NCBI GenBank assembly: GCA_016932495.1
Contig: JAFGCR010000002.1
Location: 8,519-72,518, forward strand
Length of the DNA stretch: 64,000 nt
Source: Candidatus Peregrinibacteria bacterium
GTDB lineage: Bacteria; Patescibacteriota; Gracilibacteria; UM-FILTER-43-11
Direction of reading: 5' to 3'
The notes under the pieces were generated by a model. The model searched no databases. It was given only the letters and a program-made list of their open reading frames with translations, and was not told the origin of the DNA. Positions 10,222 through 19,791 of the stretch are shown here, one piece after another (position 1 is the stretch's first letter; the number at the start of each line of letters is the position of its first letter). The position numbers were made by a program, and so were the translations under genes.

Positions 10222-10881
10222 TTATTGTCTTTCTCCCATATCCATTTCCCATAGGATTTTTTGATTTTTATATACGACCACACAAAGCAGCACGAAAGCC
10301 GCGCCTAAAAGATGGGGCAGGAATTGGGCTAAAAATACTTTTCCGAATAATATGATCATCGTGTTGACTGCAATAAAACCGATTCTGGCTTCCGTAGGCC
10401 CAAAGCCCAGGTAGCTGATCTGGAATTGGTTGGTGGCGGCAAAGCTGATAAACGAATTCACCATAAAAGCGCCGTAAACCATCATCAGAAAGAAGAGAAT
10501 CCCAAATCGGTCGGGCATAAAAAAGGAATAGCCGATCAGCAGGCACGACATAAAAATATAATCCAGGAAATGGTCAGCATAATATCCCCACTTGATCAGT
10601 CCTGTATTCCGCATACGGCCCACTGCTCCGTCAAACAAATCCGTTAAATACTGCATTAATATCATGGCTGATGTGCCCCAGAGCCAATGGATATTATACC
10701 GGGCCAGATAGCCGAAGATCAGCGCTCCGACCGCCCATAAGCCTGTCATATAAGTCAGCGTCCATGTCTCAATGCGTTTCGGGATTTTCGGCGTTCCCCA
10801 TATCACCAATTTTTGCTCCAGGTCATGCAGAATGGATCGGCCGACTTTTTTGTGGCCGGCGAATTCCTTTTTTTTAGTCAT
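10222..10881 (-). CDS. CDP-alcohol phosphatidyltransferase family protein
   Basis: DLFDGAVGR-x8-GYYADHFLD signature; about six TM helices; ATG at 10881 overlaps the HAD stop. Confidence 0.9.
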   Translation of the reverse strand: MTKKKEFAGHKKVGRSILHDLEQKLVIWGTPKIPKRIETWTLTYMTGLWAVGALIFGYLARYNIHWLWGTSAMILMQYLTDLFDGAVGRMRNTGLIKWGYYADHFLDYIFMSCLLIGYSFFMPDRFGILFFLMMVYGAFMVNSFISFAATNQFQISYLGFGPTEARIGFIAVNTMIILFGKVFLAQFLPHLLGAAFVLLCVVVYKNQKILWEMDMGERQ

Positions 10882-11548
10882 GGTTAAAAAAGTTAATGAT
10901 TTTTTGATTGTTCCGGTCAGTGAATCCATCCATTATCACGTCCGCGGCGGATAAGTCCTGCTGTTCATTAAATCCGTTCCGCAAACCCACACATACCATC
11001 CCCGCGCTTTTGGCCGCGGCGACGCCATGATGGGAATCTTCGATGACTAAACATCCGTCCGGGCCGACGCCGAGTTTTCTGGCGGTATACAGGTAAATAT
11101 CCGGCTTGGGTTTGCCGGGCGCATTAATGTCTTCGGCGCTTACTACGACATCAAAAAAGGGCCTTAATTCAAAACGCTCCAGGGCAATGTCAATCCATTC
11201 ATTAAGCGATGACGAGGCTAACGCAATTTTTAAATTTCCCCCCCGGACTGGAATCAGGGTCAATTTTTTTACCAAATCCAGAAAACCATCGATCAGGCTG
11301 CATTTTTTCCGGTAAACTTCCAGCGCAATGCTATTTACACGTTCTATGAATTCACGATGCGTTAAACTGAGTCCATAATCATTGGCAAGGATGCGATAGG
11401 TTTCATGGACATTGATCCCGATGATCTTCTGCTGGTCTTTTTTTGTCCAGCATGGCAGTAATTTGCCAAAAAAAGTCAGCTCGGCCTTTTTCCAGTGTTT
11501 TTCACTGTCTATAATCACCCCGTCCATGTCAAAAATGATTGCTTTCAT
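10874..11548 (-). CDS. HAD family phosphatase (beta-PGM/CbbY-like)
   Basis: FDMDGVIIDS, ASSS, KPKPDIY, IEDS motifs. Confidence 0.92.
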   Translation of the reverse strand: MKAIIFDMDGVIIDSEKHWKKAELTFFGKLLPCWTKKDQQKIIGINVHETYRILANDYGLSLTHREFIERVNSIALEVYRKKCSLIDGFLDLVKKLTLIPVRGGNLKIALASSSLNEWIDIALERFELRPFFDVVVSAEDINAPGKPKPDIYLYTARKLGVGPDGCLVIEDSHHGVAAAKSAGMVCVGLRNGFNEQQDLSAADVIMDGFTDRNNQKIINFFNHD

Positions 11549-11562
11549 CTGGATTACTATAA

Positions 11563-11626
11563 CAATGTCCAGTGTCCGATGTCCAATGTCCGATGTCCAG
11601 TGTCCGATGTCTGATGTCCAATGTCC
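11563..11626. repeat. Direct heptamer tandem array (9 units)
   Basis: aatgtcc agtgtcc gatgtcc aatgtcc gatgtcc agtgtcc gatgtct gatgtcc aatgtcc. Confidence 0.9.
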
Positions 11627-11634
11627 TAACCCTC

Positions 11635-11716
11635 TGCGCGGGCGGGGCCCCTTATATAAGGGGGGTCAGTCTATTAGGGGTAGAAAGAAAAATAAAAAAA
11701 GAAAGAAAAAAAGACA
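11635..11716 (+). repeat. Hairpin plus polypurine dispersed repeat, copy B
   Basis: GGGGCCCCTTATATAAGGGGGGT...GGGGTAGAAAGAAAAATAAAAAAAGAAAGAAA. Confidence 0.65.
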
Positions 11717-11733
11717 AATTGTCTAAAAAAACC

Positions 11734-11761
11734 TTGACTTTAGTCTATAGGTCGGTAAAAT
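11734..11761 (+). promoter_or_regulatory. Promoter upstream of rplC
   Basis: TTGACT-N16-TAAAAT. Confidence 0.65.
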
Positions 11762-11854
11762 ATCGTAGCGTTATCTCTCAAAACGCCTTACGTTAACAGA
11801 GGGGCCGAGTCCTTCGATTCACTCAGGACAAAAGCCTCCATAACCAATAAGATT

Positions 11855-12433
11855 ATGCCTGGAATAATCGGCAAAAAATTAGGTATGAGTCAGGTGATTC
11901 AAGACGATGGTTGCGTGATCCCGGTAACATTTGTCCATTGCCAGCCGAATACGGTGGTGCAGGTCAAATCAGAAGATACCGATGGATATCCGGCGATAGT
12001 CCTGGGCTTCGACGCGTATAAAAATCCTTCCAAAAATAAATCATTTAAGGCAATGAAGGAATTTCGTGTCGACAATCCCGGTGATTATAAAAAGGGCCAA
12101 AAGATCGATCTGGCTACCCTTAAAGAAATAGAGACCGTTACTATTACTTCCCTTTCCAAAGGCAAGGGGTATCAGGGGGTCATTAAGCGGCATCGGTTCA
12201 GCCGCGGTCCCCAAACTCATGGCTCTCATCACCATCGCGAACCAGGTTCTATCGGTACATGCGCCAAGCCCGGCCGTGTGATGAAAGGCAAAAAAATGCC
12301 AGGTCATATGGGCACTCAAAAAGTCACTTTGCTCAATCGTCCCGTGGTCAAATTGATTCCGGAAAAGGAACTGGTGGCCATCAAGGGCGCCATTCCCGGT
12401 TCCAATAACAGTTATGTTTATATTAAATTTTAA
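11855..12433 (+). CDS. rplC: 50S ribosomal protein L3
   Basis: GKKLGMSQV, SKGKGYQGVIKRH, GKKMPGHMG. Confidence 0.98.
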   Translation: MPGIIGKKLGMSQVIQDDGCVIPVTFVHCQPNTVVQVKSEDTDGYPAIVLGFDAYKNPSKNKSFKAMKEFRVDNPGDYKKGQKIDLATLKEIETVTITSLSKGKGYQGVIKRHRFSRGPQTHGSHHHREPGSIGTCAKPGRVMKGKKMPGHMGTQKVTLLNRPVVKLIPEKELVAIKGAIPGSNNSYVYIKF

Positions 12434-12460
12434 ATTTCAATCTTCAATCTTCAATTTTCA

Positions 12461-13087
12461 ATGAAAATAGATCTCTACCAACAATCCGGTGAAAAGAAGG
12501 GAACCGTTGAGGCCAGCGATAAGCTGTTTGCCGCTCCGGTCAACGATGAATTGATGCGTTTGGCTTTGGTCCGCCAGTTAAGTAACGCCCGTCAGGCGAA
12601 TGCCACCACCAAAACCCGCGGAGACATCCGGGGAGGCGGTAAAAAACCCTGGCGGCAGAAAGGAACAGGCCGTGCCCGTTTCGGCTCCAGCCGAAATCCC
12701 ATATGGCGCGGCGGCGGTGTGGTTTTCGGCCCCCAGAATGTCCGCAATTACGAAAAACAGATGCCTAAAAGGGCACGACGCGCTGCCTTGTTCTCCGGTT
12801 TATCTCAAAAAGCCGGCGAAAAATCAGTTTTCGCGCTTGATAAATTTGAAGTAAAAACCCCTAGGACAAAAGATTTCAAAACCCTTTTAAGCAAACTTCC
12901 TGTTGAACGGTCTGTTTTGGTGGTATTGGGCGAAAAAGACCTCAATCTCGAAAAATCCGCTGCTAATCTGCCGAATGTCAAAACCATTCTGGTGGAATAC
13001 CTGAATCTGCACGATCTGCTGAAATATGAAAAAGTCATGTTCATGGAATCCGCTTTAAAAAAAGCGGAAGAATTATTTCTTAAATAG
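12461..13087 (+). CDS. rplD: 50S ribosomal protein L4
   Basis: GGGKKPWRQKGTGRAR. Confidence 0.98.
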   Translation: MKIDLYQQSGEKKGTVEASDKLFAAPVNDELMRLALVRQLSNARQANATTKTRGDIRGGGKKPWRQKGTGRARFGSSRNPIWRGGGVVFGPQNVRNYEKQMPKRARRAALFSGLSQKAGEKSVFALDKFEVKTPRTKDFKTLLSKLPVERSVLVVLGEKDLNLEKSAANLPNVKTILVEYLNLHDLLKYEKVMFMESALKKAEELFLK

Positions 13088-13089
13088 CT

Positions 13090-13146
13090 TTTAACACCTG
13101 ACGCCCGACCAAAAGTCAAAGGTCAAATGTCAAAAGTCAAATGTGA
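13090..13146. repeat. Inverted heptamer array (gtcaaat family)
   Basis: acctgac gcccgac caaaa gtcaaag gtcaaat gtcaaaa gtcaaat; same family at 37220-37293, 56479-56548 and about 18355-18475. Confidence 0.85.
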
Positions 13147-13149
13147 ACT

Positions 13150-13443
13150 ATGGAATTAACCCACATATTAATATCACCGGTGGTGACCGAAAAGAGCACA
13201 GGCGCTCAGGCCGGACGGAAATATATTTTTATGGTTCATCTGAATGCCAATAAGATCGAGGTGAAAAAGGCTATTGAAAGCGCTTATGGTGTTAAGGTCC
13301 AGTCAGTCAATATTATGTCTGTCCTTAAAAAAGTCCGTCTTGCCGGGCGTGACCGTGAGATCACCAAACGGCAGAATGGCAAAAAAGCGGTGGTCACCCT
13401 GGCCCCCAAACAATCCCTTGATTTCAATAAGATTAAAGTTTAA
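13150..13443 (+). CDS. rplW: 50S ribosomal protein L23
   Basis: PVVTEKS, ANKIEVKKAIE, KKAVVTL. Confidence 0.97.
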   Translation: MELTHILISPVVTEKSTGAQAGRKYIFMVHLNANKIEVKKAIESAYGVKVQSVNIMSVLKKVRLAGRDREITKRQNGKKAVVTLAPKQSLDFNKIKV

Positions 13444-14273
13444 TGCCTGTTAAAAAGTATAAACCCACATCAGCGGGCCGCCGCAATATGAGCGTCAACA
13501 CGTTTGAGGAACTGACCGCTAAGACTCCGCAGAAAAACCTGCTCAAACCCTGGCGTCAAAAATCCGGCCGCAACAATCAGGGCCGTATTACGGTGCGTCA
13601 TCGCGGAGGCGGGGCCAAACGCCGTTACCGGCCGGTCGACAAACGACGGTACGATAAGCTTAATATTTCCGCCCTGGTCAAAACACTGGAATACGATCCG
13701 AACCGCACGGCGTATATCGCCCTGCTTGTTTACGCGGACGGGGAAAAGCGTTATATCATCGCCCCTCATAGCCTGAAGACAGGCAGTAAGATCATTTGTA
13801 GTGAAAAGGCTAAAATCAAACCGGGCAACCGCATGCAGCTTAAGAATATTCCGGTCGGTTTTGATATCCACGATCTCGAACTGCATCCCGGCAAAGGATC
13901 CGAGGCGATCCGGTCTGCCGGCTCCTGTGGCAGAGTCACCTCATTAGACAGCGAACTGGCCCAAGTCATGATGCCTTCCGGCGAGGTGCGTTATGTATCT
14001 AAGGATTGTTACGCCACCATCGGCGTGGTCAGTAATCTGGATCACAGCAACATCCGTATCGGTAAGGCGGGCCGCATGCGCCATATGGGCCGTCGTCCGC
14101 AAGTACTCGGTAAATCCATGAACGCCACGGATCATCCCCACGGAGGCGGTGAAGGGCATGGTCCCATTGGTTTAAAACACCCCAAAACCCCTTGGGGTAA
14201 ACCAGCCCTTGGTGTTAAAACACGCCGCCGCAAAGCCACGGATCATTTTATTATCAAGAGACGGAAGAAATAG
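13443..14273 (+). CDS. rplB: 50S ribosomal protein L2
   Basis: GRNNQGRIT, EYDPNRTA, DHPHGGGEG. Confidence 0.99.
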   Translation: MPVKKYKPTSAGRRNMSVNTFEELTAKTPQKNLLKPWRQKSGRNNQGRITVRHRGGGAKRRYRPVDKRRYDKLNISALVKTLEYDPNRTAYIALLVYADGEKRYIIAPHSLKTGSKIICSEKAKIKPGNRMQLKNIPVGFDIHDLELHPGKGSEAIRSAGSCGRVTSLDSELAQVMMPSGEVRYVSKDCYATIGVVSNLDHSNIRIGKAGRMRHMGRRPQVLGKSMNATDHPHGGGEGHGPIGLKHPKTPWGKPALGVKTRRRKATDHFIIKRRKK

Positions 14274-14341
14274 GCCGGATTGACCCGGAATGGACATCGA
14301 ATAGGCTCGAATCGATTCGTATCCATCCGCATCAATTCGTT
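14274..14341. repeat. Inverted 10/11-mer array (cgaataga family)
   Basis: cggattgacc cggaatggaca tcgaataggc tcgaat / attcgtatcc atccgcatca attcg; relatives at 34694 and 49996. Confidence 0.65.
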
Positions 14342-14355
14342 AACCATTACAAACT

Positions 14356-14637
14356 ATGAGCAGATCACTTAAAAAAGGAATCTATGTTGACCCCAAACTT
14401 CTGAAGAAGGCCCAGGAGATGGAAGCATCCGGTCAGAAAAAAGTCATCCGCACCTGGGCGCGCAACAGTGCTATCGCGCCGGAATTCGTCGGACATACCT
14501 TCGGCGTCCATAATGGCAAGACCCATATTTCCGTTTTTGTTTCCGAGAATATGGTTGGCCATAAACTCGGAGAATTCGCCCCCACGCGTAAATTTAAAGT
14601 CCATGGCGGCAAAATGGCCAAAGCGCAGGCAGAATAA
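14356..14637 (+). CDS. rpsS: 30S ribosomal protein S19
   Basis: [22 protein letters not shown]. Confidence 0.98.
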   Translation: MSRSLKKGIYVDPKLLKKAQEMEASGQKKVIRTWARNSAIAPEFVGHTFGVHNGKTHISVFVSENMVGHKLGEFAPTRKFKVHGGKMAKAQAE

Positions 14638-14694
14638 TTAATTTTAAATTTTAATCAATAGTGTCCGAAGTGACATCGGACTTCACTACTAACT

Positions 14695-15186
14695 ATGAAG
14701 GCTGTATTACGAAGAATCAGGATATCCCCCAAGAAAGCGAATCTGGTCGCTGGGCTGGTTCGTGGCAAAACCGTGAAGGAGGCGCTGGCCATTCTGAAAT
14801 TTACTCCAAAAAAAGGCGCCAAGATCCTTTATAAGGTTTTACATTCTGCCGCTTCTAACGCTAAAAACAATTTTAAACAATCAATGGATGATCTGGTGGT
14901 GAGTAAAATACTTGTTACCAAAGGGCCTACTTACAAGCGTTCTGTCCCTATTTCCCGCGGACGCGTTCATCCGATCCGTAAGCGCACCTGTCATATCACG
15001 GTTGAAGTCGGTCTGCCGGAAGGAGCGAGGGTTAAAAAGCCGGTAAAAAAGGAGGAAAAGGCCGTTCAGCCCGCTGAGTCAGCCGAAAAGCCGGTGAAGG
15101 AAGTGGTGAAAAAAGAGGAAAAAAGGCTAAAAACTCCTAAAAAGAAAACCGTTAAGAAAGCACCCTCTAAAAAGGCATCGAAATAA
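14695..15186 (+). CDS. rplV: 50S ribosomal protein L22 with Lys-rich C-terminal extension
   Basis: RISPKKANLVA, SAASNA, KRTCHITV. Confidence 0.97.
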   Translation: MKAVLRRIRISPKKANLVAGLVRGKTVKEALAILKFTPKKGAKILYKVLHSAASNAKNNFKQSMDDLVVSKILVTKGPTYKRSVPISRGRVHPIRKRTCHITVEVGLPEGARVKKPVKKEEKAVQPAESAEKPVKEVVKKEEKRLKTPKKKTVKKAPSKKASK

Positions 15187-15223
15187 TTTTCAATTTTCAA
15201 TTTTCAATTTTTAATTAAGCATT

Positions 15224-15901
15224 ATGGGTCAAAAAGTTAATCCAAAAAGTCTTCGTCTCGGCATTATAAGATCCTGGGATTCCAAATGGTTTGCCAATAA
15301 ACGTGATTTTGCAAAGCTCTTCCATGCCGACCTCAAACTCAAGAAAGTGATCGGAGACCGTCTGAAAAACGCTGCTGTCACCCGGATTGAGATCGAACGC
15401 TCCGCCAAAAAAGTCACGGTCCATGTCCATGCGGCTAAGCCCGGCCTGATCATCGGCCGTCAGGGGGTGATGATTGAAGATCTGAAAGAGTACTTACGGC
15501 ATCAATTTAACCAGAATATAGACATCAATATCCACGAAGTGCCCGATCCTGATCTTTCCGCGCTTTTGATCGGTCAGATGATCGCTTCTCAGATCGAACG
15601 GCGTATTGCCTATCGGCGCGCGGTCAAGACGTCTCTCCAGAAAGCGATCGAAGCCGGCGCCAAGGGGGCAAAGGTGCAGATAGCAGGCCGGCTGAACGGA
15701 GTGGAAATTTCCCGGCGTGAATATTTTAAAGAGGGCAACATCCCTCTCCATACCCTTCGGGCGGACATTGATTATGCTAAGGTCGAAGCCAATACTACTT
15801 ATGGGGTGATCGGCATTAAAGTATGGATCTATAAAGGAATGGTGTTTAAGAAAGAACAGGCCATGAAACAGGCTCAGCAGGAAAAAAAGGAAGAAGAATA
15901 A
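15224..15901 (+). CDS. rpsC: 30S ribosomal protein S3
   Basis: MGQKVNP, GRLNGVEI, PLHTLRADIDY. Confidence 0.98.
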   Translation: MGQKVNPKSLRLGIIRSWDSKWFANKRDFAKLFHADLKLKKVIGDRLKNAAVTRIEIERSAKKVTVHVHAAKPGLIIGRQGVMIEDLKEYLRHQFNQNIDINIHEVPDPDLSALLIGQMIASQIERRIAYRRAVKTSLQKAIEAGAKGAKVQIAGRLNGVEISRREYFKEGNIPLHTLRADIDYAKVEANTTYGVIGIKVWIYKGMVFKKEQAMKQAQQEKKEEE

Positions 15902-15923
15902 TTTTCAATTTTAAATTTAGAAA

Positions 15924-16340
15924 ATGTTACAACCCAAGAAGCAAAAATACAGGAAGTCCCATCGCCGCAGAGGCAGTCTGCGGGGCAAATCGCAAGTCGG
16001 CAATAATGTCAGTTTCGGGATGTATGGCCTGAAAGCGCAAGCTTGCGGTGAACTCACCTCCCGCCAGATCGAAGCTGCCCGCCGGGCTATGACCCGTTAC
16101 GTAAAACGCGGCGGTAAGATATGGGTCCGGATATTCCCCCACACGCCGGTCAGCCGAAAGCCGTCCGAAGTGCCTATGGGATCGGGAAAAGGCAGTGTCG
16201 AATTTTTCGTTTCTCTTGTAAAACCCGGTCGTATCCTGTTTGAAATGGAAGGAGTGGAAGAGGCGTCGGCCCGCGAAGCCTTCCGTCTCGCTTCCTCCAA
16301 ACTCCCGATTAAAACCAAATTTGTATTCCGGCACAGTTAA
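15924..16340 (+). CDS. rplP: 50S ribosomal protein L16
   Basis: [15 protein letters not shown]. Confidence 0.98.
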   Translation: MLQPKKQKYRKSHRRRGSLRGKSQVGNNVSFGMYGLKAQACGELTSRQIEAARRAMTRYVKRGGKIWVRIFPHTPVSRKPSEVPMGSGKGSVEFFVSLVKPGRILFEMEGVEEASAREAFRLASSKLPIKTKFVFRHS

Positions 16341-16351
16341 TTTTTATTTTT

Positions 16352-16636
16352 ATGCTTACGATCCAAGAATTACGATCATCCACCGAGAAAGAATTGCTGC
16401 AGGAGCTTATTGCCGCGCGTAACAACGCGCTCAAGGTCCGCGTTAATTCAAAGACCAAGCACGAAAAAGATATCGCGAAGGTCCAAAAGGCTAAACGCTA
16501 TGTCGCCCAGATCCTCACGGTGCTTAGGGAGGTAGACGGGGAAGAGAAAAGCAAATCCAAAAAAGAGGCGCCCAAAGCTGAAAAGAAACCAGCCCACAAA
16601 TCTGAAGCCAAAGGAAAAGAAAGTAAGGCTAAATAA
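16352..16636 (+). CDS. rpmC: 50S ribosomal protein L29 with C-terminal extension
   Basis: Position between rplP and rpsQ; ELR...EL...KRYVAQILT. Confidence 0.9.
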   Translation: MLTIQELRSSTEKELLQELIAARNNALKVRVNSKTKHEKDIAKVQKAKRYVAQILTVLREVDGEEKSKSKKEAPKAEKKPAHKSEAKGKESKAK

Positions 16637-16669
16637 TTTTCAATTTTTAATTTTCAATTTTTAATTTTC

Positions 16670-16894
16670 ATGCGTACTAAAACCGGAATCGTTACCAGCA
16701 ATAAGATGAACAAGACCCTCGTGGTCACCGTCATCACTTACAAATCCCACCCGAAATATCAGAAGCGCTATCAGACGTCTAAAAAGTTTTATGCGCATTG
16801 TGAAGATGCTTCCAAAATCGCTATCGGTGATACGGTGACGATTGCTGAAACCAGGCCTGTCAGTAAGCTGAAACGCTGGAAACTTGTCTCATAA
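16670..16894 (+). CDS. rpsQ: 30S ribosomal protein S17
   Basis: GIVTSNKMNKT, ETRPVSKLKRW. Confidence 0.97.
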   Translation: MRTKTGIVTSNKMNKTLVVTVITYKSHPKYQKRYQTSKKFYAHCEDASKIAIGDTVTIAETRPVSKLKRWKLVS

Positions 16895-16927
16895 AACAAT
16901 AACGATATAACGACGTAACGAAATAAC

Positions 16928-17296
16928 ATGATTCAACCGCAAACACTGCTCAATGTAGCGGACAACACAGGCGCAAAAAGGGTGATGTGTATTAAAACCC
17001 TCGGCGGATCCAAACGGCACTATGCCCATATCGGAGACGTGATCGTAGTGGCTGTGAAAACAGCTTCTCCGAAGGGGATTGTGAAAGCCCATTCCGTTGA
17101 ACGCGCCGTGGTCGTACGGACAGCCAATGCCATTCGCCGGCCTGACGGCTCCTATCTCCGTTTTGATGAGAATGCCTGTGTCATCGTTAACAAGGAAGGG
17201 ATCCCTAAAGGCACGCGCATTTTTGGGCCCATCGCCCGTGAACTCCGCCAGAAAGGGTATCAGAAAATTATTTCACTGGCTCCAGAAGTCCTTTAA
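16928..17296 (+). CDS. rplN: 50S ribosomal protein L14
   Basis: [27 protein letters not shown]. Confidence 0.98.
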   Translation: MIQPQTLLNVADNTGAKRVMCIKTLGGSKRHYAHIGDVIVVAVKTASPKGIVKAHSVERAVVVRTANAIRRPDGSYLRFDENACVIVNKEGIPKGTRIFGPIARELRQKGYQKIISLAPEVL

Positions 17297-17326
17297 ATTC
17301 AAATTCCTAATTCCTAAATCCTAAAC

Positions 17327-17668
17327 ATGAAGATCAAGGTTCAAGACAAAGTATTGGTGATCGCCGGCAAATATAAGGGGAAAACCGGTTCTGTGATGCG
17401 CGTTTATAAAAAAACCAATCACATAACGGTTGAGAAAGTAAATGTCCGGACCAGGCATATCAAAAAAACCCCCACGCATGCCGGCCAGAAGATCAAATAT
17501 GAAGCCCCGTTCGATGTTTCCAAGGCCCAATTGATCTGCCCCAACTGCAACAAGGCCACACGTGTCGCCTATAGCATTCCGAAACAAGGTAAAAAGTTCC
17601 GCATCTGCCTGAAATGCAATGAATCCGTTGAGCAGGCGGTCGCTAAAACGGAGAAGAAGAAAAAATAA
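17327..17668 (+). CDS. rplX: 50S ribosomal protein L24
   Basis: DKVLVIAGKYKGKTG; C-terminal CxxC..CxxC. Confidence 0.96.
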   Translation: MKIKVQDKVLVIAGKYKGKTGSVMRVYKKTNHITVEKVNVRTRHIKKTPTHAGQKIKYEAPFDVSKAQLICPNCNKATRVAYSIPKQGKKFRICLKCNESVEQAVAKTEKKKK

Positions 17669-17681
17669 TTTTCAATTTCGA

Positions 17682-17787
17682 CCAGGATTACACTGATTCA
17701 ATGATTAACATGATATACATAGTGACCAATCATTTAGAATCATAGCAATCAATCGTGATCATCAGTTAAATCATTTAATCATAGTTT
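17682..17787. repeat. Inverted ~9-mer array (gattacact family)
   Basis: Homologous to 25122-25229 (gattacactgatt...aatcat...atca(t/c)agttt). Confidence 0.7.
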
Positions 17788-17802
17788 AATTTTCAATTTT
17801 CA

Positions 17803-18345
17803 ATGAGCTTATACGAACAGATGACATCAGAGGTGATTCCCGCGCTGAAAAAGGAACTGGCGCTTAAAAACAGCTTCGCGGTTCCCCGCATCCAAAAAGT
17901 GAAGGTCAATGTCGGGATCGGTACCCTGGCCAAGCAGACTAAAGATTTTTCTGAAGTGATTGATAATGTCGCTAAGATCACAGGCCAAAAACCGGTTGTT
18001 ACCAACGCCAAAGTCGCGGTGTCGAATTTTAAATTACGCAAAGGCATGCCGGTCGGCATCACGGTCACTTTACGCGGGCAACGCGCTTATGATCTTGTGG
18101 ACCGCATCGTCAATGTCGTCCTTCCGCGCGTCCGGGATTTCCGCGGACTTTCCATAAAGGCATTTGACGGCCACGGAAATTATAATATCGGCTTTAGGGA
18201 GGCGCTGGTATTTCCGGAGGTCAATCCCGATGACGTGACGAATGTCCATGGCATCCAGGTCACGATTGTAACGACCGCTAAAAATGATGAACAAGGTTTA
18301 GCCCTGCTTAAAAAAATGGGATTTCCTTTTAAAAAAGAACTCTAG
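17803..18345 (+). CDS. rplE: 50S ribosomal protein L5
   Basis: ITGQKPV, FKLRKGMP, LPRVRDFRG. Confidence 0.98.
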   Translation: MSLYEQMTSEVIPALKKELALKNSFAVPRIQKVKVNVGIGTLAKQTKDFSEVIDNVAKITGQKPVVTNAKVAVSNFKLRKGMPVGITVTLRGQRAYDLVDRIVNVVLPRVRDFRGLSIKAFDGHGNYNIGFREALVFPEVNPDDVTNVHGIQVTIVTTAKNDEQGLALLKKMGFPFKKEL

Positions 18346-18497
18346 TTTACTTACATTTAACAACTGACAACTAATATGTAACAACTGATAAAATCGGTTT
18401 TCGTAACTCGAAGCTCGATCGAGCATCGCGATACGATAAACGAAAGCCGGTTAAAGTCAAAGGTTAAATGTAGAAATTTATATCAATAATTTACAAC

Positions 18498-18722
18498 ATG
18501 GCAAGAAAAGCACTCATTGTTAAAACCGAACGGCGCAAGAAGAAATATTTACAGGCGTTAGCGAACGGGAAAAAACCAAAAAAATGGGTCCGCACCTATA
18601 ATCGCTGTAAATTATGCGGACGTTCCCGCGGCTACTTAAGACATTTTGATATCTGTCGTATCTGTTTCCGTGAGCTGGCCTCTAAAGGCGAGATCATGGG
18701 CGTTAAAAAATCCAGTTGGTAA
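18498..18722 (+). CDS. rpsN: 30S ribosomal protein S14, Zn-binding type
   Basis: RCKLCGR...ICRICFRE...GVKKSSW. Confidence 0.96.
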   Translation: MARKALIVKTERRKKKYLQALANGKKPKKWVRTYNRCKLCGRSRGYLRHFDICRICFRELASKGEIMGVKKSSW

Positions 18723-18753
18723 CCTTTTCCATTTAAATTTTTCTCTTTTTAGT

Positions 18754-19134
18754 ATGACTGATCCTATTGCTGATTTACTCACCCGCATGCGCAACGCTGT
18801 CAAAGCCCGACAGGCCAAAACGGTTGCTCCGTATTCCAAGCTCAAAACCTCGATTTTGGATGTGATGAAGAAGCGGCATTTCATTAGCGGCTACAAAGTC
18901 GTCAAAAACGGCACCTTTAATGAGATTGAGATCGAATTTAATCCTGATCTTAATAGTTTTAATCTGAAACGTGTCAGCAAGCCGGGCCGACGGATTTATA
19001 TGAAGAAAAACAACATCAAGCCCGTGGTCCATGGGTACGGTATCTCTATTTTTTCTACCCCTCAAGGTGTGATGGCTGGCGATGAAGCGGCTAAAAAGGG
19101 GATGGGGGGAGAATATTTGTGCCAGATCTGGTAA
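18754..19134 (+). CDS. rpsH: 30S ribosomal protein S8
   Basis: MTDPIADLLTRMRN, RVSKPGRRIY; start moved to ATG 18754. Confidence 0.97.
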   Translation: MTDPIADLLTRMRNAVKARQAKTVAPYSKLKTSILDVMKKRHFISGYKVVKNGTFNEIEIEFNPDLNSFNLKRVSKPGRRIYMKKNNIKPVVHGYGISIFSTPQGVMAGDEAAKKGMGGEYLCQIW

Positions 19135-19146
19135 TTTTAATTTTCC

Positions 19147-19182
19147 CCTGACCCTGAACTCGTTTCAGGGGATTCGGGATCT
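19147..19182. repeat. REP-like palindrome (cctgaacttgattcagg family)
   Basis: cctgaccctgaactcgtttcaggggattcgggatct is a near-exact reverse complement of 24145-24180; core also at about 20759 and 52310. Confidence 0.75.
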
Positions 19183-19197
19183 AATTCTCAATTTTCA

Positions 19198-19752
19198 ATG
19201 TCTTTAATAGGCAAACGTCCCATCATAGTTCCCGCATCGGCTGAAGTCACCATTGCCGGCCGTACGGTCAAAGTCAAGGGCCCTAAAGGGGAGCTCAGTT
19301 ATACTTTTTCTCCTTTGGTCGATATCCTGATGGAAGAAGGACAGATCATTGTGAAGCGCAAGGCCGACGATAAACAGTCTAAAAGCACGCATGGCCTCAC
19401 CCGCGCCCTGCTTAATAATATGGTCATTGGTGTTTCCGAGGGTTTTGAAAAACGCCTCGAGATCATTGGCGTAGGTTACCGGGCTCAGGTCAGCGGGAAG
19501 AAGATAACGCTTAGCCTTGGCTTTTCCCATCCCATTGAAATGATCGCTCCCGAGGGGGTGAATATCGCCATGGATCCGGAAAACAAAAACGTCGTCATTA
19601 TTTCCGGTATCGATAAACAGCAGGTCGGCGAAATGGCCGCGCAGATCCGCAAGCATCGTCCCCCTGAACCGTATAAGGGCAAGGGGGTGCGCTATATAGA
19701 CGAGCATGTCCACCGGAAAGCCGGGAAGGCCGCCGCCAAAGCTTCTGCTTAA
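19198..19752 (+). CDS. rplF: 50S ribosomal protein L6
   Basis: VKGPKGEL, GVGYRA, PEPYKGKGVRY. Confidence 0.98.
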   Translation: MSLIGKRPIIVPASAEVTIAGRTVKVKGPKGELSYTFSPLVDILMEEGQIIVKRKADDKQSKSTHGLTRALLNNMVIGVSEGFEKRLEIIGVGYRAQVSGKKITLSLGFSHPIEMIAPEGVNIAMDPENKNVVIISGIDKQQVGEMAAQIRKHRPPEPYKGKGVRYIDEHVHRKAGKAAAKASA

Positions 19753-19791
19753 TATTTTTTTATCAATCCTTAATAATCTTTATCCTTTCCC

